64,000 nucleotides of DNA, taken from the NCBI GenBank assembly GCA_051294375.1, contig CM119263.1:13780414-13844413 (forward strand), written 5' to 3'. Source of the stretch: Paraspadella gotoi. Lineage: Eukaryota; Animalia; Chaetognatha. Below, in pieces: positions 31,188 to 43,600 of this stretch; positions within the stretch are counted from its first letter, which is position 1; each line of letters begins with the position of its first letter. The position numbers and the translations under genes are program-made. Under the pieces are notes generated by a model, which saw only the letters and a program-made list of their open reading frames with translations, had not been told where the DNA came from and made no database searches.

Positions 31188-33861
31188 CTGCAACGAAAAG
31201 GTAAGTATTTTTCAATTCGTTTTAAATTAAATAAGCATGATACTTGTAGAATCGATACACAACTTGTTAAAATAAACATAAAACTGTCACTGTCATTTGA
31301 CCGAAATACAATTGCTTTTTCGGTAATGAATTAGTATTTCAGGGTCATCTATTTACATCGGATTGTCAAAAATAACTTAACATAATTTTTAAAAAATTAT
31401 GACTTAGAACGTTTAATAAAAAACGACCAAAAACTTAACAGCGAAACAAGAACACACTAGTAAAAACACCGGTGCAAGATAGAATTTACCTCTCACCTAC
31501 AAAAGCTTCAATTAAATACCTAAAGATTAAAATGATTAAAAATATCTAAAAGCACATTTTTGAAAATATTGAGATATAAGAATGTCGATGTAAGAAATAT
31601 TTTAATTGAAAAAATTGACTTCCTTAATCGCAAAATTAAGATTTTTTATTTACTCTATAAAATCTTGAACTTAAAGCAGCTTAACTTCATTATTAATTAA
31701 GTTAATTTTATTAACCACTAACCAGTTTAGTTAATTTTATTTTATGTATGCCGTTTTTTCTGATTATAAAATAATATAGAATGATCACAATTTCTTTCAT
31801 CGAGAGAAATAAATCGAATCCAAACCATGCGGTGACGTTCAAGCAATTTTCAACTTGAAGAAAGTAAAGCGAATTTAAGATTTATAGGTTAACATGAAAT
31901 ATTTAGGATTTAGTTAGGGAATGTAAATTATTATTTTCATATTAACCTTTAGTTTAGTGGCGGTCTTTTTGCTTCGTGCATTTGTAATTAGTATGGCAAA
32001 AGTACCCTTGAAATAAAAATTAAACTAACCAATATATGCAGTCAATACAAACCTAAGAAGCAGGAGTGACAATCAACGTGAGGAGAGAGGACATGTGCGT
32101 CAAGTCCTGAGAATGTGATAAAAAAGAAAGTGGCGGTGCTGATAGATAATAGCTTTCTTAGCTACGTTAAAAAAAATTACAAAAATGAGCTTTTGCTACA
32201 AATAGAAAGCGCAGCAGTTTACGGAGAAATAAATAGTGTTTTCAGTCTCAGGATAGATCAGTTTTCTTTCATACATCAGTTTTCATAAAAGACCTTTTGA
32301 AATTTACAAAAATACATTGCTTTAAAAAACTACAAACAGTTAATTACTTCCACTAGGGGTGCCGCACTGGCTACCTGTAAAGCATGTTTTTCTTTTTGCA
32401 ATTTTAGGTTTTATACAATTCCATCAGTCCTGATCATAGTAATATTATGGTGTACGATCACTACAAAAAACTTCGAATCTATGCTATTTTCCCCTAGGAA
32501 CAATATTTTAAAAATTTTGTCAGTTTATTGTTAATTTCTTATTTTTCCTTCTGTTAATTTAATATTTATATTTTGTTACATTGTAAAACTAGATACAATT
32601 TTTGTGTGTAACTGTTACTCTGTTTGCACTTTTGTGTTTACTGTTTCAATGAATAAAACGCATAATCATATATAATATAATATAATATATTAATGGGTTC
32701 GTATTGGCCATACCTAATACAACTTCGCGCATATAAAAATAAAAAATATATCAGTCACGCTTTTTTAACACTTTGTAAAATAGTGCGATTATAATTTTTT
32801 TATAATTTGTTTTTTAATTTTTTAAAAAAATTAATATTATTAAATGATTTTTAAAAAGCCGCCATAACCGCGATCGGCGAAAGTAAAATTTAGCCATTAA
32901 GAGTTTAAACATTTTAAACAGCCAAAGGGCTTAACATAGTTAAAAACTTTCTGCAATCTATAGATTTGAGATTTTTTTTTATCGATTCAAGACTAAAAAT
33001 ATATTTAGGCCAAGAGAAAATTCCGGAAATGTAACCGAGCAGGTTAATAATTAATGAGTTAAAAAAATCCAACCAAATTCTTAGTTGTCGACAGGTTTCA
33101 ATGTAAAAGAATATAGTTAAAAAGAATGTCAAATAAAAAGTTGTGAAAAGTTAAGCTATGAAAAGTGTAAAATAAAACTCACCCATAAGAATTTCAAGTC
33201 GCTGTCTTTACGTAATGTGTACCATGTATCTCAACGTAACAGATTTCGCTTTTGATTAGCCTGTAAAAAAATATTTGAGTGTAATGCTTTGCTTTGCTTT
33301 AACCAGAAAAAAATATAAAAAATATCACGGAAACACCAAAGAAGAAAAAAGGTCACGTCAAATATTGCAAACATTAAAGTAATCAGAATATTTCCCTTAA
33401 ATGTGACGAAATTCTCAGGAAACGTGCTATTATCTCAGCATTATCTCAGCATACTGGAACTTTCTTTTCTCTGAGTTTCAACCTACAAACTACAGAGGGC
33501 ATTCGCATTATAAAAAATGTTTTTTCGATTTATCCGATTGTAAAACAAAAGATATTCGTTGTTGGTTTTGACTGACATCTTCTGCGTTAACTATTTCTCT
33601 GCATAAAACAAAAAAAATATAAATTTATTTTCGAAACGGGTTTTACGGGTTTAAATTAAAAATAAAAAAAAACAACTCAAAACTTAATCAATTCTCCCTT
33701 TTTTGTTAAGTTTTCGTTATAGCTCCTTGAATTCTAAAACTTTAAAATATGTGTATTTATTCGTATGAAATATTGTATCTTTAGAGTTTAGACAGTGTCT
33801 AATAGACAGTGTCTATTCTATTCTCATATATGCTTTCTATTCTTTTCTACTCTATTGTTTA

Positions 33862-33908
33862 GCCCCTAAAGCCAACTGTGAGTTGCCCCATCCCAATGAG
33901 CATCACAG
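33862..33908 (+). repeat. Isolated 47-bp fragment related to the TRIM LTR hairpin region
   Basis: GCCCCTAAAGCCAACTGTGAGTTGCCCCATCCCAATGAGCATCACAG matches the reverse complement of ~23278-23326 with a few mismatches. Confidence 0.7.
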
Positions 33909-34032
33909 TCATTTTAAACTGGAACGTCGTCGAACAATCTCGAAAGTATCTTCAAAAGAAAAAAATAATTTTATGTTAGAAAGGCTATTTATTATAAAGT
34001 TCACACCGATTTAAACGTATAATGGACAATAT

Positions 34033-35925
34033 GGCCTTCCTGGAGATCAATACGCTGTGGAGGCCTATGGGAAAACGAAGAGCAAGGTTTTTCTTAAAGA
34101 ATTAGCGGAAAAAAGAAGAACGAAATGGAACGGAAGAGGATAACGTTTCGGGGGAAAAAAAATAAAGGAATTCATATATCATAATTTTTTTAATATTTTT
34201 TTTTGTTATATGAAATTGGTACAACCAATATATATTTGGGTTAAAATTAAGGTTACAATAAATTATAGTTAAGAATAAATTAAGAATAAGTGTATGTTAA
34301 TTACAAAAATAAGTTAAGGTTAAAAATAAATTAAGGGTAAGTTAGGGGTAAGGGTATGTTAGGGGTAGGGGTAAGTTTGGATTGGGGGTAAGTTTAGGTT
34401 AGGGGTAAGTTAGGGGTAAACTATAGTTAAATTTAAAATTAATTTTCGGCTTAAGTATACAATAATTTTACATTTCAATAAATAATATTTTAATATTAAT
34501 AAATTTATAAAAATATATAACAATAATATTTACAAAGTAACAGAGTTTTTATTTATGATTACAATGATCATTAAATAATTCGGAGAGAGATAGAGAGATA
34601 TCAAGGTTAAAATTGCCCCTCTCTCTATCTCTCAAAGTTAATATCCAAATATTTCTTAAAACTATCATAACTGGCTAATGAAGGTTCGAAAAACAAAAAC
34701 CAAAACATCCGAATTATTAAATGATCATGGTAATCACTAAAAACTTTTTTTGTCTGTTTATTTATGACACGCACTGCATCAAAAACCCCCTAGCAGTCCC
34801 TGAGATTTGAGGTTTTTTCTGTCTTAACAAATGAGCAACCAACTATAGGCAAATTATATGCATTTTTGAAGTAAGTGGGACAGACCGATGGACAGACATA
34901 CCGACCGAAAAGTGAATTATTGAGTTGCGCCGCGAGTACTCGCGGCGCGATTAAAAATGACTTAATTCTTTCACCTGCTCTAATTAAAAGATTGGTTACT
35001 GTCTTGTAACGAAGAGCAAGGTTTTTCTTAAAGAATTAGCGGAAAAAAGAAGAGGAACGAAATGGAACGGAAGAGGATAACGTTTCGGGGAAAAAAAAAT
35101 AAAGGAATTCATATATCATAATTTTTTTAATATTTTTTTTTGTTATATGAAATTGGTACAACCAATATATATTTGGTTAAAATTAAGGTTACAATAAATT
35201 ATAGTTAAGAATAAATTAAGAATAAGTGTATGTTAATTACAAAAATAAGTTAAGGTTAAAAATAAATTAAGGGTAAGTTAGGGGTAAGGTATGTTAGGGG
35301 TAGGGGTAAGTTTGGATTGGGGGTAAGTTTAGGTTAGGGGTAAGTTAGGGGTAAACTATAGTTAAATTTAAAATTAATTTTCGGCTTAAGTATACAATAA
35401 TTTAACATTTCAATAAATAATATTTTAATATTAATAAATTTATAAAAAATATAATAATAATATTTACAAAGTAACAGAGTTTTTATTTATGATTACAATG
35501 ATCATTAAATAATTCGGAGAGAGATAGAGAGATATCAAGGTTAAAATTGCCCCTCTCTCTATCTCTCAAAGTTAATATCCAAATATTTCTTAAAACTATC
35601 ATAACTGGCTAATGAAGGTTCGAAAAACAAAAACCAAAAACATCCGAATTATTAAATGATCATGGTAATCACAAAAAAAAACTCTGTTACTTAATATATA
35701 TATTAAAAACAATGAAAAAAAATTATCAATATTAATATTTAAATAAAAAAATTTTTAAAGAATTAAAAAGAAATCCTTAACCCGTGAAGCTTATCAATAT
35801 TTTTAATATCATTGTTGTTACGGCCTTAAATTTTCTTTTCTGTAAAGAAACGAACTTTATTTTTTCCTCTTCTTTCTCTTCGTTTTCCTATAAGCCTTCA
35901 GAGCGTATTCAATTCCCGGATCGCC
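34033..35925. mobile_element. Non-autonomous Mutator-like (MULE)/foldback DNA transposon with an internal duplication and a captured host fragment
   Basis: 9-bp TSD GGACAATAT at 34024-34032 and 35926-35934. Imperfect ~50-bp TIRs (GGCCTTCCTGGAGATCAATACGCTGTGGAGGCCTATGGGAAAACGAAGAG vs GGCGATCCGGGAATTGAATACGCTCTGAAGGCTTATAGGAAAACGAAGAG). Also TTAGGG-like tracts, inner inverted repeats and a ~660-bp direct duplication (34077 vs 35011). No transposase ORF. Confidence 0.8.
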
Positions 35926-36293
35926 GGACAATATTTAACAGAACTTTTGGATAAAAAAAATTTTAGTTATACAAAAAATACTGTCTTTGATCAACTTTCA
36001 AAATTTGATAAAAAATTATATATTTTTATATGCTATACAATAAATTATTTCTGATGAAACTTTGTACTTTTTTTAAACATAGCAGGAGCGGATAAGAGAC
36101 TGAAAACTCCAATAAATTAAGAAAATAACGAAAATGTTAAATTCAATTGGACGGCGTAATGCCAATTCTACCACATGACGTGATGAAATCTCAATTGTCT
36201 TTATGTTGACCATAATTAAGAGAAATCAGAAGAGGTTCATCATAATCGCGAAGCTAATGCGCAAATGAAAAGCTGTTCATATAGTAATGAAGG

Positions 36294-39191
36294 TCAATTT
36301 CCGGCGGAATTTTCCGTGGGATGCTGGATCGTACTGCCATTACCAGTAGGAGTTGCCATTAATTGGGTCGCTCCTTCCACTATTGATATGGTTGAATCGG
36401 AAGTGATGGCCTCCGGCGCATCATTCAAACTGTCAGCTGGTGTAGGGCTGGCCGAGGCAGGTTCATACGCTGGCGGAGGATCCTGCTGGTCCCCCGGCTC
36501 TTCCGGTTTTTCAAGAGTGTACGACGGAGGAGGACCAAAGATAGCGTTCTCGTAAGAAGGCGGATAGAGGGAGAAATGAACGTTTTCGGAGACTGTATTG
36601 ATGGGATTCAATGCCTCGGGGCTCTCACGCGTGTCTACGTTGGGAGGACGCGCATGGCGTCGGCGCGATCGGACTACGTGGGATCGGGCTCGTGATTGAC
36701 GCTTTTTGAAGGACCGCCAATAGAAAGTCATAAACGTTACGACCGTGGAAAAGACTGCCAAGATTCCTAGGCCCCAGTAGATATTATTTTTATAGACTCC
36801 TCGATGGCACGTCATTTCTTCGTTGTGCCATTGCCCGTCAGCTTCGCAGCGCAAGAATCCCGAGACGAAGCTTCCCCAGTAATCTTTGCCGATAAAGTAT
36901 GGCCGCGCTGTGCACACGCTCCCGATGTAAGAAAAGTTTGAACAGCTGATAGCACTGGCCCCACTTAGAGTGATGCAATCCTCCACCATCGGCGGCTGGA
37001 CACAGCGGATCTGTGTACAGTACACATTAACCTCCCTCCAGCGTCCTCCATTATACTCCTCTACACATTCGACAAAACCCACGGGGTGGTATCCAATATG
37101 CCCCACTGCTTTGCACTGTGACCCTATAGAATTACCCTTGGTACATTTTTCAAACATCCAGCATGCCGTCCACCGCGAGGGAGGTGGTGGTGTGGGTGAG
37201 CAGAGAATTTCCTTACAGGTGACGCTTGATGCATCCCAGCTCCCATCACTGCGACAACGCAATTTCCCGACGGCAAAATGACCTCTTAAAGGCTTCACAT
37301 GGCACTCCGAACCTGCTCGGTTGCCGTTGGTGCAATCTGACCATCGTAAACATTGATAAGGAACGGGCAATTCATTTTTGTCTGGGCATGTTTTCACGCA
37401 ACGAGTGATATTCCTTAGTTTCCAATTTGGGCTGGCATCCCACATTGTTGTAGGCAGACATTCAAAGACAACCTTGTCACCATTAAAAGGCTCAAAGCCA
37501 ATGGAACATTTGCCAAAAGCTCGTTTATGATCAAGGACTTTCTCCTGAGTCATTGATTCTAATAATTCTGTGTTGGGAAGTCTGGCAACGATCGAGTGAA
37601 GGTGCTCCATCTTGCAGTCGCAGATTAGTCCTGTGCGATAATCTATAAAAAATAAAAAAAATTATATCAATTACGTAATAAATCGAGAATAACAATAACG
37701 GTGATTCCAATGTGTTGCACCGCAGTGACTTTATTTTTACATGTATTCAAGTTTGATCACATGATAAGACATGACATGACTAAAAAACTTTTTTTGCCTG
37801 TTTATTTATGACACGCACTGCATCAAAATCCCGCTAGCAGTCCCTGAGATTTGAGGTTTTTTCTGTCTTAACAAATGAGCAACCAACTATAGGCAAATTA
37901 TATGCATTTTTGAAGTAAGTGGGACAGACCGATGGACAGATATACCGACCGAAAAGTGAATTATTGAGTTGCGCCGCGACTACTCGCGGCGCGATTAAAA
38001 ATGACTTAATTCTTTTCACCTGCTCTAATTAAAAGATTGGTTACTGTCTTGTAACAAAGGCACATTCCAACGGCGTGACTTCGGCTAGTCAATGACCAGG
38101 CTTTGGCCCAAGTAATGTTTTCACACGCTTGCTTGCAGGCCACTTCCCCCAAAAATTCTCCACTGCTAGGAGGATTTAGGGACTGTCCTTCAAAGCCGAA
38201 TCCTTCGTCATTACCGCCGCATCGAGCGACCCGTCCAGATACGAGAGCGCCCTCCTCGAGTCGAACAAGGGGAAAGTCGACGAGGTCGGCCGGAAGAGGA
38301 TATTGGATACCGGCCGCCGCGTCCCTTAAAAAGGTCTTGATCTCGGCGTCGCTTAACGCCCGACTCCACATCTTGACCCGACGTATTGAGCCGATGAAGC
38401 GCTGGTTGGCGTCAAACTCCAGCTCGTCGAAGTGGTCAAGCTCCTGACCAAATACGAGCTTACCGCCTCCTCTGAGGCGCATCCTAAAGTGATCTTTGTA
38501 GACGTGTTCTTCGGGAAAATAACGTGTGTCGTTTACTGTCAGTTGTACGTCGCCTTTAATACCGTCCCAGGTTATTAAAATTGGGATCCAGGCTAGAAAA
38601 GTAAAAAAAATGGGGAGATCAAGATGATATGATTTTCGGCAGATAGTGAAATACTGAATATATCAGGTTTATTGAATTTAAAGAATTTTCATAATGTTTT
38701 ATTTGGTGTGAATTTTTTTACTGGGATTGAACCTGAGATCTTTATAATTGTTGGCAATTTGTAATTTTAATTTAGAATATAGTTGCATTCTAAGACGAAA
38801 AAAATTATTTTTGGTACATTTTTTTTATTTCTCTCCTACCTCCTCCAGTTTCGTCGTTCGTTGGAAATCCCGTCTTTCTTTTGACGCCGAACTGGTTACC
38901 CCCAACGATGACGCCGTAATGTTTGTTCTTCTCGTTGCCAGGCGCCCAGACGGCGAACTCGTTGGGTTGATCTCGGACGGCGTAAGAAACAAGGAAGGGG
39001 TAGCCCGTGAGGCGCTCCATGCGGACCTCGAAGCTTAGCGTCAACGCCGTCACGTTGAGAGGCATCAGCGGGTGGAAGACGACATGGGCGTTAAGAGCCT
39101 CGGAAGGGAATCGGATTTCGTAGTGAGCGTCGAGGGATGGTGGAAGAAGCAGAAAACACAGAGTCAACTTGAGCGCGATTGTAGTGAGCAT
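36294..39191 (-). CDS. Type I membrane protein (~757 aa): signal peptide, pentraxin/LamG-like domain, PAN/apple-like module, ~4 sushi/CCP-like repeats, TM helix, PPxY-rich tail
   Basis: Exons 39191-38840, 38592-38020 and 37642-36294 (phase-1 GT-AG, 2274 nt). Pentraxin-like GGKLVFGQELD...FDANQRFIGSIRRVKMWSRALSDAEIK. Repeats of GS.C...G...C..DG.W....C. TM segment IYWGLGILAVFSTVVTFMTFYW followed by basic residues. Confidence 0.85.
37735..38002 (-). mobile_element. Helentron-associated (HINE/DINE-1)-like element in intron 2 of the membrane pentraxin gene
   Basis: Starts TTTTTAATCGCGCCGCGAGTAGTCGCGGCGC (near-perfect palindrome) followed by TCGGTCGGTATATCTGTCCATCGGTCTGTCC. Related copies at 10435-10687 and 34736-34958. 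Confidence 0.6.
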
Positions 39192-39533
39192 ATTAACGTT
39201 GTTCGATAAAACAGTCAACAAAAGTAAATGTTTGCAACCGAAATAAAGTCATTAGCATGATTGAATGTTAATTTTTTCTTGGATAACAAAACCAACTTAA
39301 AAATGTCATTTTTTAAATAATTATAAATTTAACTAATAGGAAAAGAAACCATTAGAGTAACAATCGAATAAAATAAAATTCAAATCGATTATAATGATAT
39401 TAGTAATCTTTGGAATCAACAATTTGGTTTGTGCGAGATCATAATAGATTTAATTAATGAAAATTTGTTTCATTCAGCACTTTTGAAATAACAGTCCCAC
39501 CATTGAATAAATTGCCATGGCAAAGGGACTAGA

Positions 39534-40602
39534 TTAAAACTGTTTTCGCACACATCTTGTCTCACTCCATTGCTTCCAGTTTGGGCCCGAATCCCAAAGT
39601 GTCATTGGGAGGCACTCAAAGATGACCCGGTCGCCCCGTAAAGGAACGAATCCTGGAGCACACTTGGCGAACACAAGTTCGTGATCATCAAAATTGTCTC
39701 GTTTGTTTAACGATCCTGAATCTAATGATTCTATTTCCGGAGTAGTGGCGATTATTGAACGTAAGTGTTGCTTTTTGCAGCCACAAATGAGTCCAGAGTA
39801 ATGATCTAGTTTTTTTTTTCATGAAAGAATAGAAAAAAAAATTACTTATGTATAAAAACCAATCCTCACGGATCATTATTCAACTTTCATCATCATCATC
39901 ATAATCGTGTCGACATGCAATTACCTGCATTGATCGTGTACCCAGTGATTGTCTTGTAACAATAACAAAACCCAGTGACATGACTTCTGCTAGTTAATGT
40001 CCAACCTTTGGCCCATGTTAGATTCTCGCAAGCCTCTTTACATTTTCGTTCCGAAAAATGGTAAATTGGCGGCATCTCGCGCAGTCCCTTGAAGCCAAAC
40101 AGTTTGTCGCTCTCATTGCATCGAGCAACCCTTTGGTATTGGACCCACTCGCTGACGGCACCATCCTCTAGCCGCAGAAGCGGGAAATTGATGATGTCCG
40201 CTGGGCGAGGATAACGAATTCCGTCGGCCTGAGCCTTATAAAAGGCCTTGAGCTCGGCCAGGGTGAAAGCTCTTCCCCATAAGTTAACACGACGGACAGA
40301 TCCGATAAAGCGCTGATTGCTAGCAAACTTGGATTCAGCAAAAGTATTCAATTTTTGTCCAAAAACGAGCTTGCCACCAGCCAATAAACGTTTTTTGACG
40401 GGTTTTTCGCTTTGCGCTTCCGGAAAAAATTCATTGCCATTAACGACGAGACGTAAGTCACTTTTCATGCCATCCCAGATCACGGCTATTGGCATCCAAT
40501 CTATGGAAAAATTAAGCTTATTACAACGGAGCTGGTATAGTATCTGTTTTATTATCTCTCTCAATCTAATGTTCGTACGTATCTCTTTCACATTTTATTT
40601 TT

Positions 40603-40690
<88 letters not shown>

Positions 40691-41282
40691 TCCTTCTTTC
40701 TCTCTCTCTCTCTCTCTCTCACAAGCAAAAACCCACACACACATACTCAAAGTTGATCTGACCGGATATGACAACAAACTAAACATAATTTAAAGGAGCA
40801 ACGACGTAAACATTTCACAGTTCCTCTGGAGATTAAAGGTAGTAAAATGCCAATAATTCTGTCTTCTTTGTTTGAAAGAGTCTCATTTTCCTACCTCCTC
40901 CTATCTCTTCGCCCGTAGGAAACATCGTCTTCTTCATTACTTGAAACTTTACGCCGCCAAGGACGACACCAAAGTGTGGATTGTCGTTGCCGGGCAACCA
41001 GAGGGCAAACTCGTTCGGATGATCGCGCACGGCGTAGGACACGAGAAAGGGGTTGCCCGTCCGAACCTCCATGCGGATTTCCAAACTAAGCGTCAACGCG
41101 CTGACGTTGAGTGGCAACAGCGGATTGAAGATGGCACGAGCGCTGAGGGCCGCTGCGGGGAAGCGAATCTCGTAGCGGGCTTCGAGTCGAGTCGGAAAGA
41201 GCGAAAGCGGCAGGGTCAGGAATAACGCGGTCAACGCGGCCGAAGCCGATGACCTCAACGTCGGCGTGGAAGAAAGAAGCAT
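39534..41282 (-). CDS. Secreted paralogue (~411 aa): signal peptide, pentraxin/LamG-like domain, PAN/apple-like module, one sushi-like repeat, no TM helix
   Basis: Exons 41282-40895, 40500-39925 and 39805-39534 (1236 nt), with the same intron positions and phases as the downstream gene. Clear similarity (YEIRFP, PFLVSYAVRD.PNEFA.W, GGKLVFGQ, CEN.TWAK.W.LTSRSH, FECLP.T.WD..PNWK). Ends TRCVRKQF*. Confidence 0.85.
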
Positions 41283-43321
41283 CGTATTCCTTCTTCTTTA
41301 TTCCGACGCAGAAAAGAATCGACTGACGATGACAGTGCGACAATACCTTACCGACCGGTTCATAAAGGCGAAAAAGAAATGAAGGATATGATTGGGTAAG
41401 TCAGGGGCGCACGCAGGAGGCGAACTCTTTCTCTTTCTTCTTCCTCCTCGACCTTGTCGTCCAAAAAGTCGATGAAGGCCTGTGATTGGCTGCTGAATTT
41501 TTATACCCGTTCATGATTCGTCGGTACCTGTCGATGGCGTGGTCTGGGATTACAACAGGTTTGCGAGAAAAAAAAAATTCTAACGTCACTCGATTCCGAG
41601 AGACTGAAGTCACGTGACTAAAACTAGTCGCCGAAAATTCAGAGGATTCGATGTTTATTCGACAAATTCGAATCGATTTGGAGATAATTGTTAAAAGGGA
41701 AGGGTTTTATCAATTTATGTGATATGTACTGGATACCCGAAGATAGTAGACAGTACACAGAATACTAGTTTCAATTTATATTGAAAATAAATTACAAAAA
41801 ACTCTCGATCTAACGAGTCGTACAATAAAAGTTACTAACTTTTATCGTTAAAAGTTCATCCGTAACACACGGGTCCGCATCCTATTTTGCTCTCTTGCCT
41901 ATTCTGAGCCCATATTAGACTTGCAAAGACGATATGGCTGAAAATTCTCCTCTCTCTCTCCTTCTCTTTCTTCTCTTCTCTTCTCTTCTCATCCTCTCTC
42001 TTCTCTCTCTCTCTCTTTCTCTCTTTCTCTCTCTCTCTGCGCGAAGAAGACAATCTCTGCTTGCCTCACTTGAGTCAGAATTCGAATGATGCCCCAATGT
42101 ATATACAACAAACTTCGGTTAACCGCGTTGCGTCGCGTCCGCGGTGGCCGCGAGAACGCCGCCCGGGCTGCCGACCTCTCCGCAGCGGCCAGCGCCGACC
42201 GCCAAGCCGCAACAACATCTTGATGATTCTTTTGAGCAGTCATGCGCACCAGAAGATTCAATATGCGCAAAGGCAGCAGCCGATCGGGCCCATAACGGAT
42301 TCGCCTGCGAATCGGCCGCGAGTTGAGAAACGTTGGGGTGTGGGGGGGGGTGGTGTGGGGAAAGGGGGCAGTACGGAATAAAAGGAGAGGAAGAAACTGA
42401 ATTTAAGGAGGACGGTGAGGGAGGGGTAAGACAGTAAAGCGAAAGGGTGAAAGAACCGACGTAAAGTGGGAATGGAGTAAAGGACAGAGTGCGGATGAAA
42501 CTGGGTAAGATCGTTTGCGTTGGTCTTTATAACGTCTACTTCTAAACTTGAAAGCGAAGAAAGATTCGCATTATCGGTGGTGAGCAAAAAAAAAAAAAAA
42601 AAAGAGCTCTTAGTGTTTTCAAGGACGCCGACTTTAAACAAAAGAATTTAAGCGATCTCAAGAAAAATAAGAAAAACAAAAGATCGAGCGAAATTTATTC
42701 ATTTGATTTTTTTCTTAAGTGCTAAAACTAATAACTACGATATTTGTTATCGATTCTAGACGGTTTCCCCATATGTACGGTTAAACAAAGACTTATCAAG
42801 ACTTCCAAACTTGCACCTTTTTCGACGATTTTAAACAAAGCGGCGATCTATTTTAAAACTTGGATATCGTTATTATAGTTAATTTTTAAAAAAACCTACC
42901 TCTTCATTACGTTTTCCCCCTTCCTGTTCATTTTCAGCCTCCCATCTTCATCTCCTCATCCTCCCAATAACCCCTTTCGTTTTCCCCCTCCTCTCACCCT
43001 TTTAGTCTCTTCATTTCTCTCGCGTCTATGGGTCTCCGACGTCGTCGTCGTCGTCGTCGTCGTCGGATTCATGGGCAAAAATCTGTGTCCAGAAAAACTT
43101 TGACCGACGGAGTGGAAGTAATTCGTCGCGGCGTCGAAGGCAGAAGAAGAAGAAAGAGAAGCGCTCGTTCTCTGTCTTTCTCTTTATCCTCCATCTCCCT
43201 TTGGCCTTTCCCTCCCCCTTTCTCCTTCGGTTTCTTTTTATCTCTCGTTTGTTTTCTTTTTGGTTAGATTTGCTCGCTCGTTTCTTATTTATTTAATTAT
43301 GTCTTGACAGTATTTTCTTTC

Positions 43322-43335
43322 TGTCTTTCTTTCCT

Positions 43336-43423
<88 letters not shown>

Positions 43424-43600
43424 TCCTACTTTCTAGTTTTCTATTCGTTTTGTTCTGTATTTTTTTATAATTTGATTTTCTTTTACATAGTAGGTCATTT
43501 CGTTCTTTCTTTCTTTCTTTCTTTCCTACTTTCTAGTTTTCTATTCGTTTTTTTCTGTATTTTTTATAATTTGATTTTCTTTTACATAGTAGGTCATTTT
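43322..43600. repeat. (TTTC)n tract followed by a ~95-bp tandem duplication
   Basis: CTTTCCTACTTTCTAGTTTTCTATTCGTTTT...TTTTACATAGTAGGTCATTT occurs twice in tandem. Confidence 0.9.

Noticed and set aside
31250-33800. Possible small gene divergent from UBA1
   Set aside because: AT-rich, and candidate splice sites did not give a continuous open frame.
34330-34420. Interstitial telomere
   Set aside because: Units are degenerate and lie inside a TIR/TSD-bounded transposon.
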